Positions 39,810 through 50,063 of a stretch of 64,000 bases of DNA are shown in pieces. A program made the translations under genes and the position numbers. Source of the DNA: Octopus sinensis (Eukaryota); contig NC_043003.1 of assembly GCF_006345805.1 (NCBI RefSeq), forward strand, positions 78,368,001-78,432,000, given 5' to 3'. Under the pieces are notes generated by a model. The model searched no databases. It was not told the origin of the DNA and worked only from the letters and a program-made list of their open reading frames with translations. Numbering within the stretch: position 1 is the first letter of the stretch; every line of letters begins with the position of its first letter.

Positions 39810-40894
39810 TTAAATGAGACATACTTATCTGCATGGCCGAAACAGCTGTCAGATATAATGTATATGTATTTTTATATCTTGTTATATTTATTTAGTTATA
39901 TCTCATTATATTGATTGTAATTGTTGTACTGTATTAATGTATAATCTTAATGCTCTTGTGTAGTGTTTTAATAAAGTATATGATTCGGTATTATCTGATA
40001 GTTGATGAATGATTTAGATATATTTCTCCATTTTCTTATTTTGAATATATATATATATATATATAATGCAAAATGGGACAAGAACGCAGAACATCCAGAC
40101 AGTTAGGTGATACAAAAAAAGGGATAAGAAAACATCTAGATAGACGGTACAAAGAAACAAGGACGGGTCATTCGGAGTTTTCTTTCCTCGGTCGAGTTTA
40201 TATACTTTATATACAATATATTGTTAGCAGTGGGAGCGAACCACTACCACTCTCTACCAAGTATCAAGATCGCGAGACTGACTCAGTTTCGAGCTATTTG
40301 GCTCATCCTCAGTCGCAAGCACCGGTGCACCAGATTCCGCTTTGATGTGGCGACTGGTTTTACTGTTTAGTATAGTTACTACTCTGGTAGTAAAGTAGCA
40401 CCTGCATTGCATGTGTTAAAGATATATACATACTTAAGTGAAGCCTAAATATTTTATTAGACAGAAGCATAGAGCGGCTGTAACTTCCAAATTTATTGTC
40501 GATAACGTCTTGTCAAACAGTTTGATAAGCCGTTATCGGCGAAGCTTCAAAGTCTCTGCCACCATGTGTTTCCCTGCAAGTAGGTTACACATGTACACAC
40601 AGGAAAACACATACGCACGCGCGCGCGCATACACGGATTGCTTTATGTATGGGTAGATACATTCGGGTGGAGTGGGATACAGAAAAGTTCCTGGCTTTGA
40701 GTAAAGGAAAATACAGGATCAGCTAATTATGATTTTATTCAACATATTTCCTTTCTCAGATTCACATACTTATTGCTGCGGTCTTTCTATTTTTTCTAAG
40801 CCCTGTAAAAAAACTCAGCTGGTTGGCCTTTCAACCAGGCCCTTCGCGACCCTTCAAAGCCAGAAACCTGCATGTGTGATTGTGTGTGTATGTG

Positions 40895-41125
40895 TTTATA
40901 CTTGTGTGGAATAGGGATAGATGTTTTCAGCAAACAACTTGACCTGCTGTTGTCCAAGGTCACAGATGAACCTATATCATGGCAAGAAACTAAAAAGAAG
41001 GCTACAGTGTCGAACTCCCTTCTTCATAAAAAAAAATCGTATAAGAGAGGCCATTGAAAAGGTGATTCACACTGGCGGTGCTCCAGCATGACCAGTCTTT
41101 GGGCTGAAACGTATGAAAAAAATGA
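40895..41125 (+). mobile_element. CR1/L2-group LINE 3' tip
   Basis: IDVFSKQLDLLLSKVTDEP...SNSLLH, then aaaaggtgattcacactggcggtgctccagcatg. Same family as 32325-32915. Confidence 0.75.
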
Positions 41126-41514
41126 AAGAATATGTACGTATGCTCGTATGTATGTAATGTGTGTATGTTTGGACGTGCGGATGTGTGGTTGGCTGGCTGA
41201 TTTTTATGTATGTGTGTATGTATGCAATGAGCATGTGTGTGTGTACGTATTTTATTAGAAGCTGAAAACTTCTTTGCAGTGTCAAATATCCACTTACCAA
41301 ACAGCTCTTTCATAAGTGGAAACATGAAACTTCCAAGCAACATTGAAACTATTTAAACACTACACCTATTGTATTGAGTACATTTTTTTCTTCTCTTTCT
41401 AAACCTTCCTCACCAACCCCACTCCTGCTAGAAATAGTAGTACAATCACCCACAAGTAATGTCATACTGTTTAAAGCAAGAGATAAACATAATCGAAAAT
41501 CTACTCCAAAATAT

Positions 41515-41670
41515 AGGCACAGGTGTAGGTGTATGGCTAGAGGCTTGCTTCCTAATCACATGGCTCCAGGGTCAAACCCACTGCGTGGCACTTTCGACTA
41601 AAGTCTTATGAGTGGATTTGGTTGACGGAAACTGAAAGAAGCCCGTCGTATATATATATATATATACATG

Positions 41671-41729
<59 letters not shown>

Positions 41730-41740
41730 GTGTGTGTGTT
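41515..41740 (+). mobile_element. Family-A SINE 5' half
   Basis: Head and body running into (TA)n(TG)n. Confidence 0.75.
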
Positions 41741-42196
41741 AAATAGAATAAGACAACAAAACCAAGGCTGTGTGCAATTTATAGGACATTTATAAAGAGA
41801 AATATAGTTTCTGGGATATTAGGGATATCCCTTCATCAGAGACGATATGAGAGACTTAACTAGAGGGGCATAGTAGAGTTCAATTTAAGGAGTTATTTTG
41901 GAAAAGGATGGATATAGGAAGTATAAAGAGAAATAAGAAAATAAAAATAAAAGCAAAAATATATGTAGGATGTAATAGTTGCAGTTCCATTATCCAAGGA
42001 AAGTGCTGTGTAGAATGAGTAGAAATGCTTCTTGTCCATGGTAATTAGATTCCGGTAGGAATAAAACTCCACACTATCTACTCGTAATAAGAAAATATGA
42101 ACTCCTATCCCAGAAACAGCTGTAAGATTACCTTTCTCTTTATAAATGTCCCGTAAATTCCACACAGCTTTGGTTTTGTTGTCTCATTTTATTTAA
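41739..42196. mobile_element. Head-to-head PLE-like termini (~62-bp imperfect inverted arms) carrying complementary hammerhead halves
   Basis: Arms 41739-41802 and 42133-42196. Minus 41807-41843 reads GTCT-CTGATGA-A-GGGATA..TATCCC-A-GAAAC. Plus 42106-42128 reads TATCCCA-GAAAC-agct-GTA-AGAT. Confidence 0.6.
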
Positions 42197-42534
42197 CATA
42201 TACATGAAATGGGACTAGAACGCAAAACATCCGGACAGTTAGGTGATACAAAAACGACACAACAAAACATCCAGATAGACGATACAAAGAAAACAAGGAC
42301 GGGTCGAAAAACAGCTCATAATTGTAACGTCTTTTTGCTCTACACCAAACCCCACCAACAACTTTTCCTCTTATCTGTCTCCACCCTTCTACTTCCAACT
42401 GCTGTCCTATCTGGTCGTCTGCTATTATGAATTACATGGATTTACCTGAAATTTAATGATGCAATACCTGTAATGACCGAATGAATGAATACATACACGT
42501 GCACACGCTTGCGTACTCATGCACTCACACATAA

Positions 42535-42768
42535 AGGTGGAGAGCTGGCAGAAATGTTAGCGCGCCGGGCGAAATGCTTAGCGGTATTTCGTATGTCGTT
42601 ACGTTCTGAGTTCAAATTCTGCCGAGGTCGACTTTGCCTTTCATCCTTTCGGGGTCGATAAATAAAGTACCAGTTTCGCACTGGAGTCAATGTAATCGAC
42701 TCAATCCCTTTGTCTGTCCTTGTTTGTCTCCTCTATGTTTAGCCCCTTGTGGGTAGTAAAGAAATATA
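42535..42768 (+). mobile_element. Family-B SINE, single copy with tail type 1
   Basis: Full head through ...ttagccccttgtgggtagtaaagaaata. Confidence 0.85.
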
Positions 42769-42908
42769 TATGAATTTGTATATTTCTTAATCTTCTTCGA
42801 ATTTCTTTATCCCTCCTCCTGTGGTCAATATTTCCCTTAACCCTCACACACACATTCTCTCTCTACTTACCTCTCTCTCTTTCCACCTCCTTCCTCCTCT
42901 CTCTCTAC

Positions 42909-42949
<41 letters not shown>

Positions 42950-43075
42950 TGCCATCCTCACTCTCTGTCTCTTCATGTCCATGACTGTTATTATATTTTG
43001 TTATGTACAATAGCAGCCAAATATTATTTGAAAAGTCACTCGATATATTTCAATAGAGTATCATCACATTAATTT

Positions 43076-43290
43076 TTACATGGAACAGATTAATAGTACA
43101 GTTCTATATTTTAGAGATGAGGAATTATGTACATTATTTACATTATTTACATTCAATGGATATTCATCCTCATCTTCTTTGTTGTTAACACAACGTTTCG
43201 GCTGATATACCCTCCAGCCTTCCTCATGTGTCCTGGGGAAATTTCGAACTTGGGTTCTCATTCCTAAGGTATTTTTCGATGCTATTATTA
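43076..43290 (-). mobile_element. PLE-like terminal repeat; an inverted, deleted partner lies at 43755-43845
   Basis: Both copies share cagccgaaacgttgtgttaacaac..aagatgagga..aatgtaaataatgta. Confidence 0.6.
43187..43232 (-). ncRNA. Minimal type I hammerhead-like motif
   Basis: GACAC-ATGAGGA-A-GGCTG-(10 nt)-CAGCC-GAAAC-GTT-GTGTT. Stems I and II pair, AACGTT is palindromic, and C3 is changed to A. Confidence 0.55.
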
Positions 43291-43314
43291 TTATTATTAT
43301 TATAATACCCACCA

Positions 43315-43495
43315 GGAACCTTTCGTAACGCCTCCCCCTTTTGGGAGAATTTCATTGTTATAATCTTTGGTTGTTAATGTATTTTTACTCGGATTTTTTC
43401 ACAAACGGACAAAACCCTTTGTAACCTTTCGTCCTGTCTTGTCCCTTCATGTTTCAAATCATGCGTGTCAGCCCTTGTGGCCAATAAAAAATAAT
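43315..43495 (+). mobile_element. Probable LINE 3' UTR sharing tail type 1 of family-B SINEs
   Basis: Ends cgtcctgtcttgtcccttcatgttt...agcccttgtggccaataaaaaata, similar to the SINE tail ...tgtccttgtttgtcccc..gtttagccccttgtgggcaataaagaaata. Confidence 0.45.
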
Positions 43496-43518
43496 TAATT
43501 ATTATTATTATTATTATT

Positions 43519-43594
43519 CAGGTCCACTGCTTAGAATCGAACTCGGAATCTTGAGGTTAGTAGCCCGCGCTCTTAACCACTACACCATATGCCC
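43519..43594 (-). mobile_element. tRNA-head-only SINE followed by (AAT)n
   Basis: gggcatatggtgtagtggttaagagc...gagttcgattc with A/B boxes; the acceptor stem does not close. Confidence 0.6.
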
Positions 43595-43609
43595 TAAGAC
43601 CTCTGATAT

Positions 43610-43754
43610 TTTCTACTCTAGACACAAGACCCAAAATTTTGGGGGAGAGGGCCAGTCGATTATATCGACCCCAGTACGCAACTGGTACTTAATTTATCGA
43701 CCCCGAAAGGATGAAAGGCAAAGTCGACCTCGGCGGAATTTGAACTCAGAACGT
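43610..43754 (-). mobile_element. Family-B SINE, headless, fused to the PLE fragment at 43755
   Basis: Family-B motifs end at cagaacgt, directly followed by gacact. Confidence 0.75.
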
Positions 43755-44094
43755 GACACTCCTGATACATCAGCCGAAACGTTGTGTTAACAACAACAAG
43801 ATGAGGACAAATATCGTCAAATGTAAATAATGTAAATAGTGTACAGATTAATATTGACTTCGAAGTTTCGCTGGTTGTTGATTTCAACAGTTTTATGTAA
43901 AAGTAGCAAAATTTTGTAATCACTGTTAACTATTATTTTGTTTTAAAAAATGTCTCTCTTTATCCCCCCCCTCTCTCTCTGCTCATGTCCTTCTTTTTAT
44001 CTCTCTTTATCTCTATTCCACCTCTCACAAATTTTTATCTTTTTCACTCACTACCTCTCTGAATTCACGTCTCTCTTAATCTATCTCTTTTTCA

Positions 44095-44675
44095 AGGCGG
44101 CGAGCTGGTAGAAACGTTAGCACGCCGGGCGAAATGTTTAGCGATATTTCGTCTGCCGTTACGTTCTGAGTTCAAATTCCGCCGAGGTCGACTTTGCCTT
44201 TCATCCTTTCGGGGTCGATTAAATAAGTACCAGTTCACTGGGGTCGATGTAATCGACTTAATCCGTTGTCTGTCCTTGTTTGTCCCCTCTATGTTTAGCC
44301 CCTTGTGGGTAATAAAGAACAGATATTTCGTCTGCCGTTACGTTCTGAGTTCAAATTCCGCCGAGGTCGACTTTGCCTTTCATCCTTTCGGGGTCGATAA
44401 ATTAAGAACCAGTTACGCACTGGGGTCGATACAATCGACTTAATCCGTTTGTCTGTCCTTGTTTGTCCCCTCTGTGTTTAGCCCCTTGTGGGTAGTAAAG
44501 AAATAGATATTTTGTCTACCACTGCGTAGTGAGTTCAAATTCCGCCGAGGTCGACTTTACCTTTCATCTTTTCAGGATCGATAAATTAAGTACCGGTTGC
44601 GTACAAGTGTCGATTTGATCGACTGGCCCCTCCCCATAAATTTCGGGCCTTGTACCTAGAGTAGAAAAGAATCTA
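44095..44675 (+). mobile_element. Three-unit family-B SINE tandem array
   Basis: Head-unit(tail 1)-unit(tail 1)-unit(tail 2), with a period of about 182 bp. Confidence 0.9.
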
Positions 44676-45237
44676 TCTCTCTTTCTCACCCACCCTCGTT
44701 ATCTCTTTCTCACACTCAAGATCTCGCTATACCTCTCTCTCTCTATTTCTCTCTCTCTTTCTATTTCGCCTTTTCTCTCTCTCTCTTTCTCTCTCTCTCT
44801 CTATACCTCTCTCTCTCTCTATACCTCTCTCTCTCTCTGTAAGTGTGTGTGTTTGCCTCTTTAATATCCAGACAGAGCCTCCATCAGTCAACACTGACCG
44901 GTTATCGCCACGCGTATGGGCAAGGCCTGGCTGAGACTTGTTTTAGGAAGCTTGGTAGCCACCTGTGCATTGAAATCTCCTCCCTCTACGCCACCGATCA
45001 AAGGGAAAGCCTTAACTTGAGGCCTATACGTTGCTGGTGGTGGCAACACGCAAAGGACCGTAACCCCCCCCTGAGCATTTTGCCTGACCTTCTAACAGTG
45101 TGACCAAACCACTGTCTTAGATTGGCATTTTTTATATTGACCGCCTAAAAGATAAAAAGCACCGCTGATCTCATCGGGGTTTGAACTTGAAGCGCACATG
45201 CAGCCTATCCAACGCTCTAGCGGTAATACATGCGTAC

Positions 45238-45464
45238 ACGAGCTGGCAGAATCGTTAGCACGCCGGGCGAAATGCTTAGCAGTATTTCGTCTGCCGTTAC
45301 GTTCTGAGTTCAAGTTCCGCCGAGGTCGACTTTGCCTTTCATTCTTTCGGGGTCGATAAACTAAGTACCAGTAACGCACTGGGGTCGATATAATCGACTT
45401 AATCGGTTTGTCTGTCCTTGTTTGTCCTCTCTGTGTTTAGCCCCTTGTGGGTAGTAAAGAAATA
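45238..45464 (+). mobile_element. Family-B SINE (tail 1) with a 16-bp TSD
   Basis: ggtaatacatgcgtac at 45222-45237 and 45465-45480. Confidence 0.9.
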
Positions 45465-45512
45465 GGTAATACATGCGTACGCGCGCGTCACACACACACA
45501 CCACACACGCAC

Positions 45513-45559
<47 letters not shown>

Positions 45560-45710
45560 CATACGACAGCTACAGCAATAAGTATTTGCTTCATCAGAGC
45601 TGACCTAGAGCTACTTAACATACACCATAAAGAAAAAAAAAATATGACAGTTAAATACGATAGCACTTATCTTGACTACTCCAACATGAGCAATACAATT
45701 GTTAAATGAT

Positions 45711-45715
<5 letters not shown>

Positions 45716-45762
<47 letters not shown>

Positions 45763-45972
45763 AGATAATAATAATAGCAATTATAATGATAATAATAATG
45801 ATGATAATGATAATAGCAATAATAATGATAATAGTAATAGATAAGAATGATAATAGTAATAGCAATAATAATAATAATAATAGTAATAATAATAATAGTA
45901 ATAATAATAGCAATAAGAGTAGTAGTAGTAGTAATAGTAGTAGTAGTTGTTGTTGTTGTAGTAGTAGTAGTA

Positions 45973-46025
<53 letters not shown>

Positions 46026-46030
46026 AATCC
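45716..46030. repeat. Compound (AAT)n/(AGT)n/(GTT)n microsatellite
   Basis: Direct reading. Confidence 0.95.
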
Positions 46031-46214
46031 TTTCTATTATGGGTACAAGGCCTGAAATTCTTTGGGATGGAACAGATCGATTACATAGACCACAGTGCTC
46101 ATCTGGTACTTATTTTATCGACCCTGGAAGGATGAAAGGCAAAGTCAACATCGGCAGAATTTGAACTCTGAACATAGCGACAGGTGAAAATAATAATAAT
46201 AATATAATATAATA

Positions 46215-46261
<47 letters not shown>

Positions 46262-46262
46262 T

Positions 46263-46575
46263 TGAGAGGGATTCTTTGGGGTTTGAATAATTCACCTCTG
46301 GAAACATGGGTGGTTCTTTCAAATCCTTAAAAACAACCCTTATTCAGGGACCTTTTGAGCGGGATGGGCTACTCACCTGAAGAAAATTCTAACTGGGCCC
46401 CACCTGCAAGGTCATGTGCTGTTTATCTTGATATGAGATCACCATGTCGCGCACATATGGTTGTGATGCATGTGCCTGGTGTACCCTTATCAGACGGGTA
46501 GTCATGATGGGTATATTGGGCTTCGTATATTTTACCCCAGTGTCACTTTGATGGCATGCACTGCTCTCTCACTCA
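46263..46575 (+). mobile_element. Family D, 5'-truncated, within (AAT)n
   Basis: Ends ctgctctctcactc(aat)n. Confidence 0.75.
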
Positions 46576-46588
46576 ATAACAATATAAC

Positions 46589-46652
<64 letters not shown>

Positions 46653-47039
46653 GTTTATGATTTAGGCACAAAGCAAGCAAATCTGAGGAGATGGGGAGCA
46701 GTCAACACGATCGACTCAAATAATTGATCAGTTTTTGATTTTTATTTACCCTGGAAGGATGAAAATTTTAAGTTAAGCTTTGAGGAATTTGAACGTAAAG
46801 TGTAAAGAACCGGAAAAAATATTTGAACATTTTCTTCCGACTCTTTACGTTCTGAGTTGAAATCCTGCCAAAGTCAACTTTACTTAAACATTTTTCTAGA
46901 GCCAATAATGCACCAGTCAGACACTGGGGCCGATAGTATCGGCTTACTTCCCTCCCTTTTCCTTAGAATTACTGGGTTTGGGGCCTTAGAAACAACAACA
47001 ACAAAAACAACACTAGCGATAACGACAATAATAATAATA

Positions 47040-47076
<37 letters not shown>

Positions 47077-47084
47077 CTTTTCTA

Positions 47085-47925
47085 CTATAGGCACAAGGCC
47101 TGGATTTTGTGGGGAGGGAGACAGTCGATAACATCGACCCAGTACTCAACTGGTACTTAATTTATTGACCCCGAAAGGATACTACGGCCGATAATACCGG
47201 CTCACTTCCCTCCCCTCACGAAATAACTCTTTTTTTTACTACCTACAAAGGGCTAAACACGGAGAGGACAAACAAGGACAGACAAACGGATTAAGTCGAT
47301 TATATCGACTCCAGAGCGGAACTGGTACTTATTTAATGGGCCCCGAAAGGATGAAAGGCAAAGTCGACCTCGGCGGAATTTGAACTCAGAACGTAGCGGC
47401 AGACGAAATACCTATTTCTTTATTACCCACAAGGGGCTAAACACGGAAGGGACAAACAAGGACAGACAAACGGATTAAGTCGATTATATCGACCCCAGAG
47501 CGTAACTGGTACTTATTTAATTGACCCCGAAAGGATGAAAGGCAAAGTCGACCTCAGCGGAATTTGAACTCAGAACGTAGCGGCAGACGGAATACCGCTA
47601 AGCATTTCGCCCGGCGTGCTAACGCTTCTGCCAGCTCGCCGCCTTGAATGATAATAATCATGATAATAATAATAGTAATAATGATAATAACAACAACAAC
47701 AACAATAATGTTTTCAAATTTTGGCATCAGAACCAACAGTTTGGAGGAAAGGAGCGTAAGTATATCGACCCCCAACGTTCAAACGATGCTTATTTTATCG
47801 ACCCCGACAGGGTAAAAGGCAAAGTCGACCTCAGCGGAATTTGAACTCAGAACTTAAAAAGACGGACGAAATGCTGCTAAGCATTTTGCCCCAGCGTGCT
47901 AACGATACTGCCAGCTCACCGCCTT
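47085..47925 (-). mobile_element. Family-B SINE array (47085-47645) plus a separate copy (47710-47925)
   Basis: Same head / tail 1 / tail 2 polarity; junction gaaata|ggtatttcgtct at ~47410. Confidence 0.85.
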
Positions 47926-47952
47926 AATAATAATAATAATAATAATAATAAT

Positions 47953-48064
47953 GTGATGCATGTGCCTGGTGTACCCTTATCAGACGGGTAGTCATGATGG
48001 GTATATTGGGCTTCGTATATTTTACCCCAGTGTCACTTTGATGGCATGAACTGCTCTCACACTC
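47953..48064 (+). mobile_element. Family D 3' tip within (AAT)n
   Basis: tgtgatgcatgtgcctggtgtaccc...ctgctctcacactc(aat)n. Confidence 0.75.
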
Positions 48065-48131
<67 letters not shown>

Positions 48132-48330
48132 GCAGCAGCAGCAGCAGCAGCAGCCAGCAGCAGCAGCCAACAACACAACAACAACAACAACAACACAACA
48201 ACAACAACAACAACACAACAACACAGAAGAAAAAAAGACGAAGACGAAGAAGAAGAAGAAGAAGAAGAAGAAGAAGAAGAGTAGAAGAAGAAGAAGAAGA
48301 AGAAGAAGAAGAAGAAGAAGAAGCAGCAAA
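48065..48330. repeat. Compound (AAT)n(CAG)n(CAA)n(GAA)n microsatellite next to the PKG donor site
   Basis: Direct reading. Confidence 0.95.
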
Positions 48331-48349
48331 GCAATGATATTAGGGGAAA

Positions 48350-48355
48350 ACGAAC
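48350..48355 (-). promoter_or_regulatory. 5' splice donor (AG|GTTCGT), phase 2
   Basis: The ORF reads KTAR|, matching as I recall the exon-1 end of vertebrate PKG I (KSER|SKDLIK). Similarity is lost after it. Confidence 0.85.
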
Positions 48356-48678
48356 CTTGCTGTTTTTAGAGTTCGTTTCAACTTTATGGTGTGTAAAGAT
48401 TTAACCATATTCGGTTCCGCTGAAATAGCCAGTCGTTTCGTACGTCCGGCCAGTACCAAATTCTTGTGGGCAGCGACTGGTGGTTTCAACACCGATCGGT
48501 ATTTATCCAATTCGTTTTGTAATTTCCGAATGACTTCATCTTTCTCGTCCAGATCTAATTCCAATTCATCGATCAGTACGTCTCTTTGTCTCAGCTCTTC
48601 GATTTTCTCTCTTAGAGCCAGCTGTAAATCTCGTAATGTCCCCATCGCTTCGATGTCGTAGCTCTCATCCATTAACAT
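48356..48678 (-). CDS. PRKG1: cGMP-dependent protein kinase I, first coding exon (beta-like leucine zipper and autoinhibitory segment). The conserved start MGTL is at 48645; in-frame ATGs lie at 48678 and 48672.
   Basis: [55 protein letters not shown]...[11 protein letters not shown] is recognisably PKG I-beta-like. Confidence 0.95.
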
Positions 48679-48688
48679 TTTTTCCCAT
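48665..48688 (-). promoter_or_regulatory. Out-of-frame uORF MGKNVNG* overlapping the first two in-frame ATGs
   Basis: cagcATGGGAAAAAATGTTAATGGATGA, with A at -3 and G at +4. Confidence 0.6.
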
Positions 48689-49152
48689 GCTGATGATTAT
48701 AATAGGGGTGGCAATGGTGATGATGGAGGTGATGCGAATGTTTGACAAAACGTTTGATATTATTCCTTCGGTTGTTGCTTTTTAATGAGAGAATAATTAA
48801 GTTATGCCTTAACTTTCGTTGTGGCTATTATTGTTGTAATACGTTGAGTATTATAAGCAATATAGTTTCGGCAATAATGGTTAATAATAATAATAATAAT
48901 ACTGATAAGAGAAAAAAAATAGATGATAACCGATTAGGATAATACTGATGATGATGATGTTGACGATAACAATGATAATGATGATGATGGTGATGATGAT
49001 TATGATGGTGATAATGATGGTGGTGCTAGTGCTGGTGAGGATGATGATGATGATGATGATAGCGATGGTGCAAATTTCATTTTCGCGAACAGTTAAATTA
49101 TAAATTAATTCACAATAAAATTCAACTTAAATTCCAAAGGAAAGAATACATT

Positions 49153-49185
49153 CTAAAAAAAAAAAACAAAAAACAAACACGAAAC
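49153..49185 (-). promoter_or_regulatory. Candidate splice acceptor upstream of the PKG coding exon
   Basis: Minus strand gtttgttttttgtttttttttttag|aatg: a long T tract followed by AG. No transcript evidence. Confidence 0.3.
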
Positions 49186-49312
49186 AAATAAAAGTTCTGG
49201 CGTTTGTTGCTACTTTGGTTGTGGTGGTGGTGGTGGTGGTGGTAGTAGTAGCAGCAGCAACAGCAACAACAACAGTAGCAGCAGTAGCAGTAGCAGTAGT
49301 AGTAGTAGTAGT

Positions 49313-49362
<50 letters not shown>

Positions 49363-49970
49363 CGACGTTGCTGTAATTAACTCGAGTGTGGGTAACTTCT
49401 CTTCCTTGCTTCCACCCTCACTAATCAGAGTAATGAGGGGACCATAAGACCCTGCTTAACTATGGATCGGGTAGCTCCTCTACCTTCATATACACATCAG
49501 AATATTTTGTTATCCAAGGGAGATGTAGCTATCACTTCTAGCGATTTCTTTAACTCGTTAAAAGTTACCATTCTTTCTTGAATCCATTCTTTCTTGAATT
49601 TTTAATAAGAAAAAATTATTCCCGAATAGCAGCAACACGAAGAATCTATTTCGTCTTTTGGTTAGGAAAAACAAGAATTATGATTTTGGGGGGGGGTTCC
49701 GTTTTTTTGCTTTTGTTTGGCATTTTTTTAACGTTCTTTACCCACTCCCCTCTTTTTTTCTCGCAGTATTTTGATATCCAAGATAACACCAACTTCATTT
49801 AGGTTTTAGGATACATTCCTAAATAATCTTTCTTGGATATAATCAATTAGTTAATTGGCTAATTATTTTCCCGTCGGCTGTTAATACATAAGAAAATACA
49901 CACATACACACAAGCAAATATATATGCGGGTGTGTGTGGGTGCGCGCGCGATTTATGTGTGTATGTGTGA

Positions 49971-50019
<49 letters not shown>

Positions 50020-50032
50020 ATGTATGTATGTA

Positions 50033-50063
<31 letters not shown>

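Noticed and set aside
43519-43594. Candidate tRNA gene (ACT anticodon-like loop)
   Set aside because: The acceptor and anticodon stems do not pair properly and it runs into (AAT)n; it is better explained as a SINE head. The same applies to the heads of families A-C.
45611-48334. Poly-I/L/N/Y/S ORFs
   Set aside because: They are triplet microsatellite read-throughs.
48340-48355. FVFP* end of the PKG ORF as a short complete protein
   Set aside because: It is intron read-through past the GT donor.
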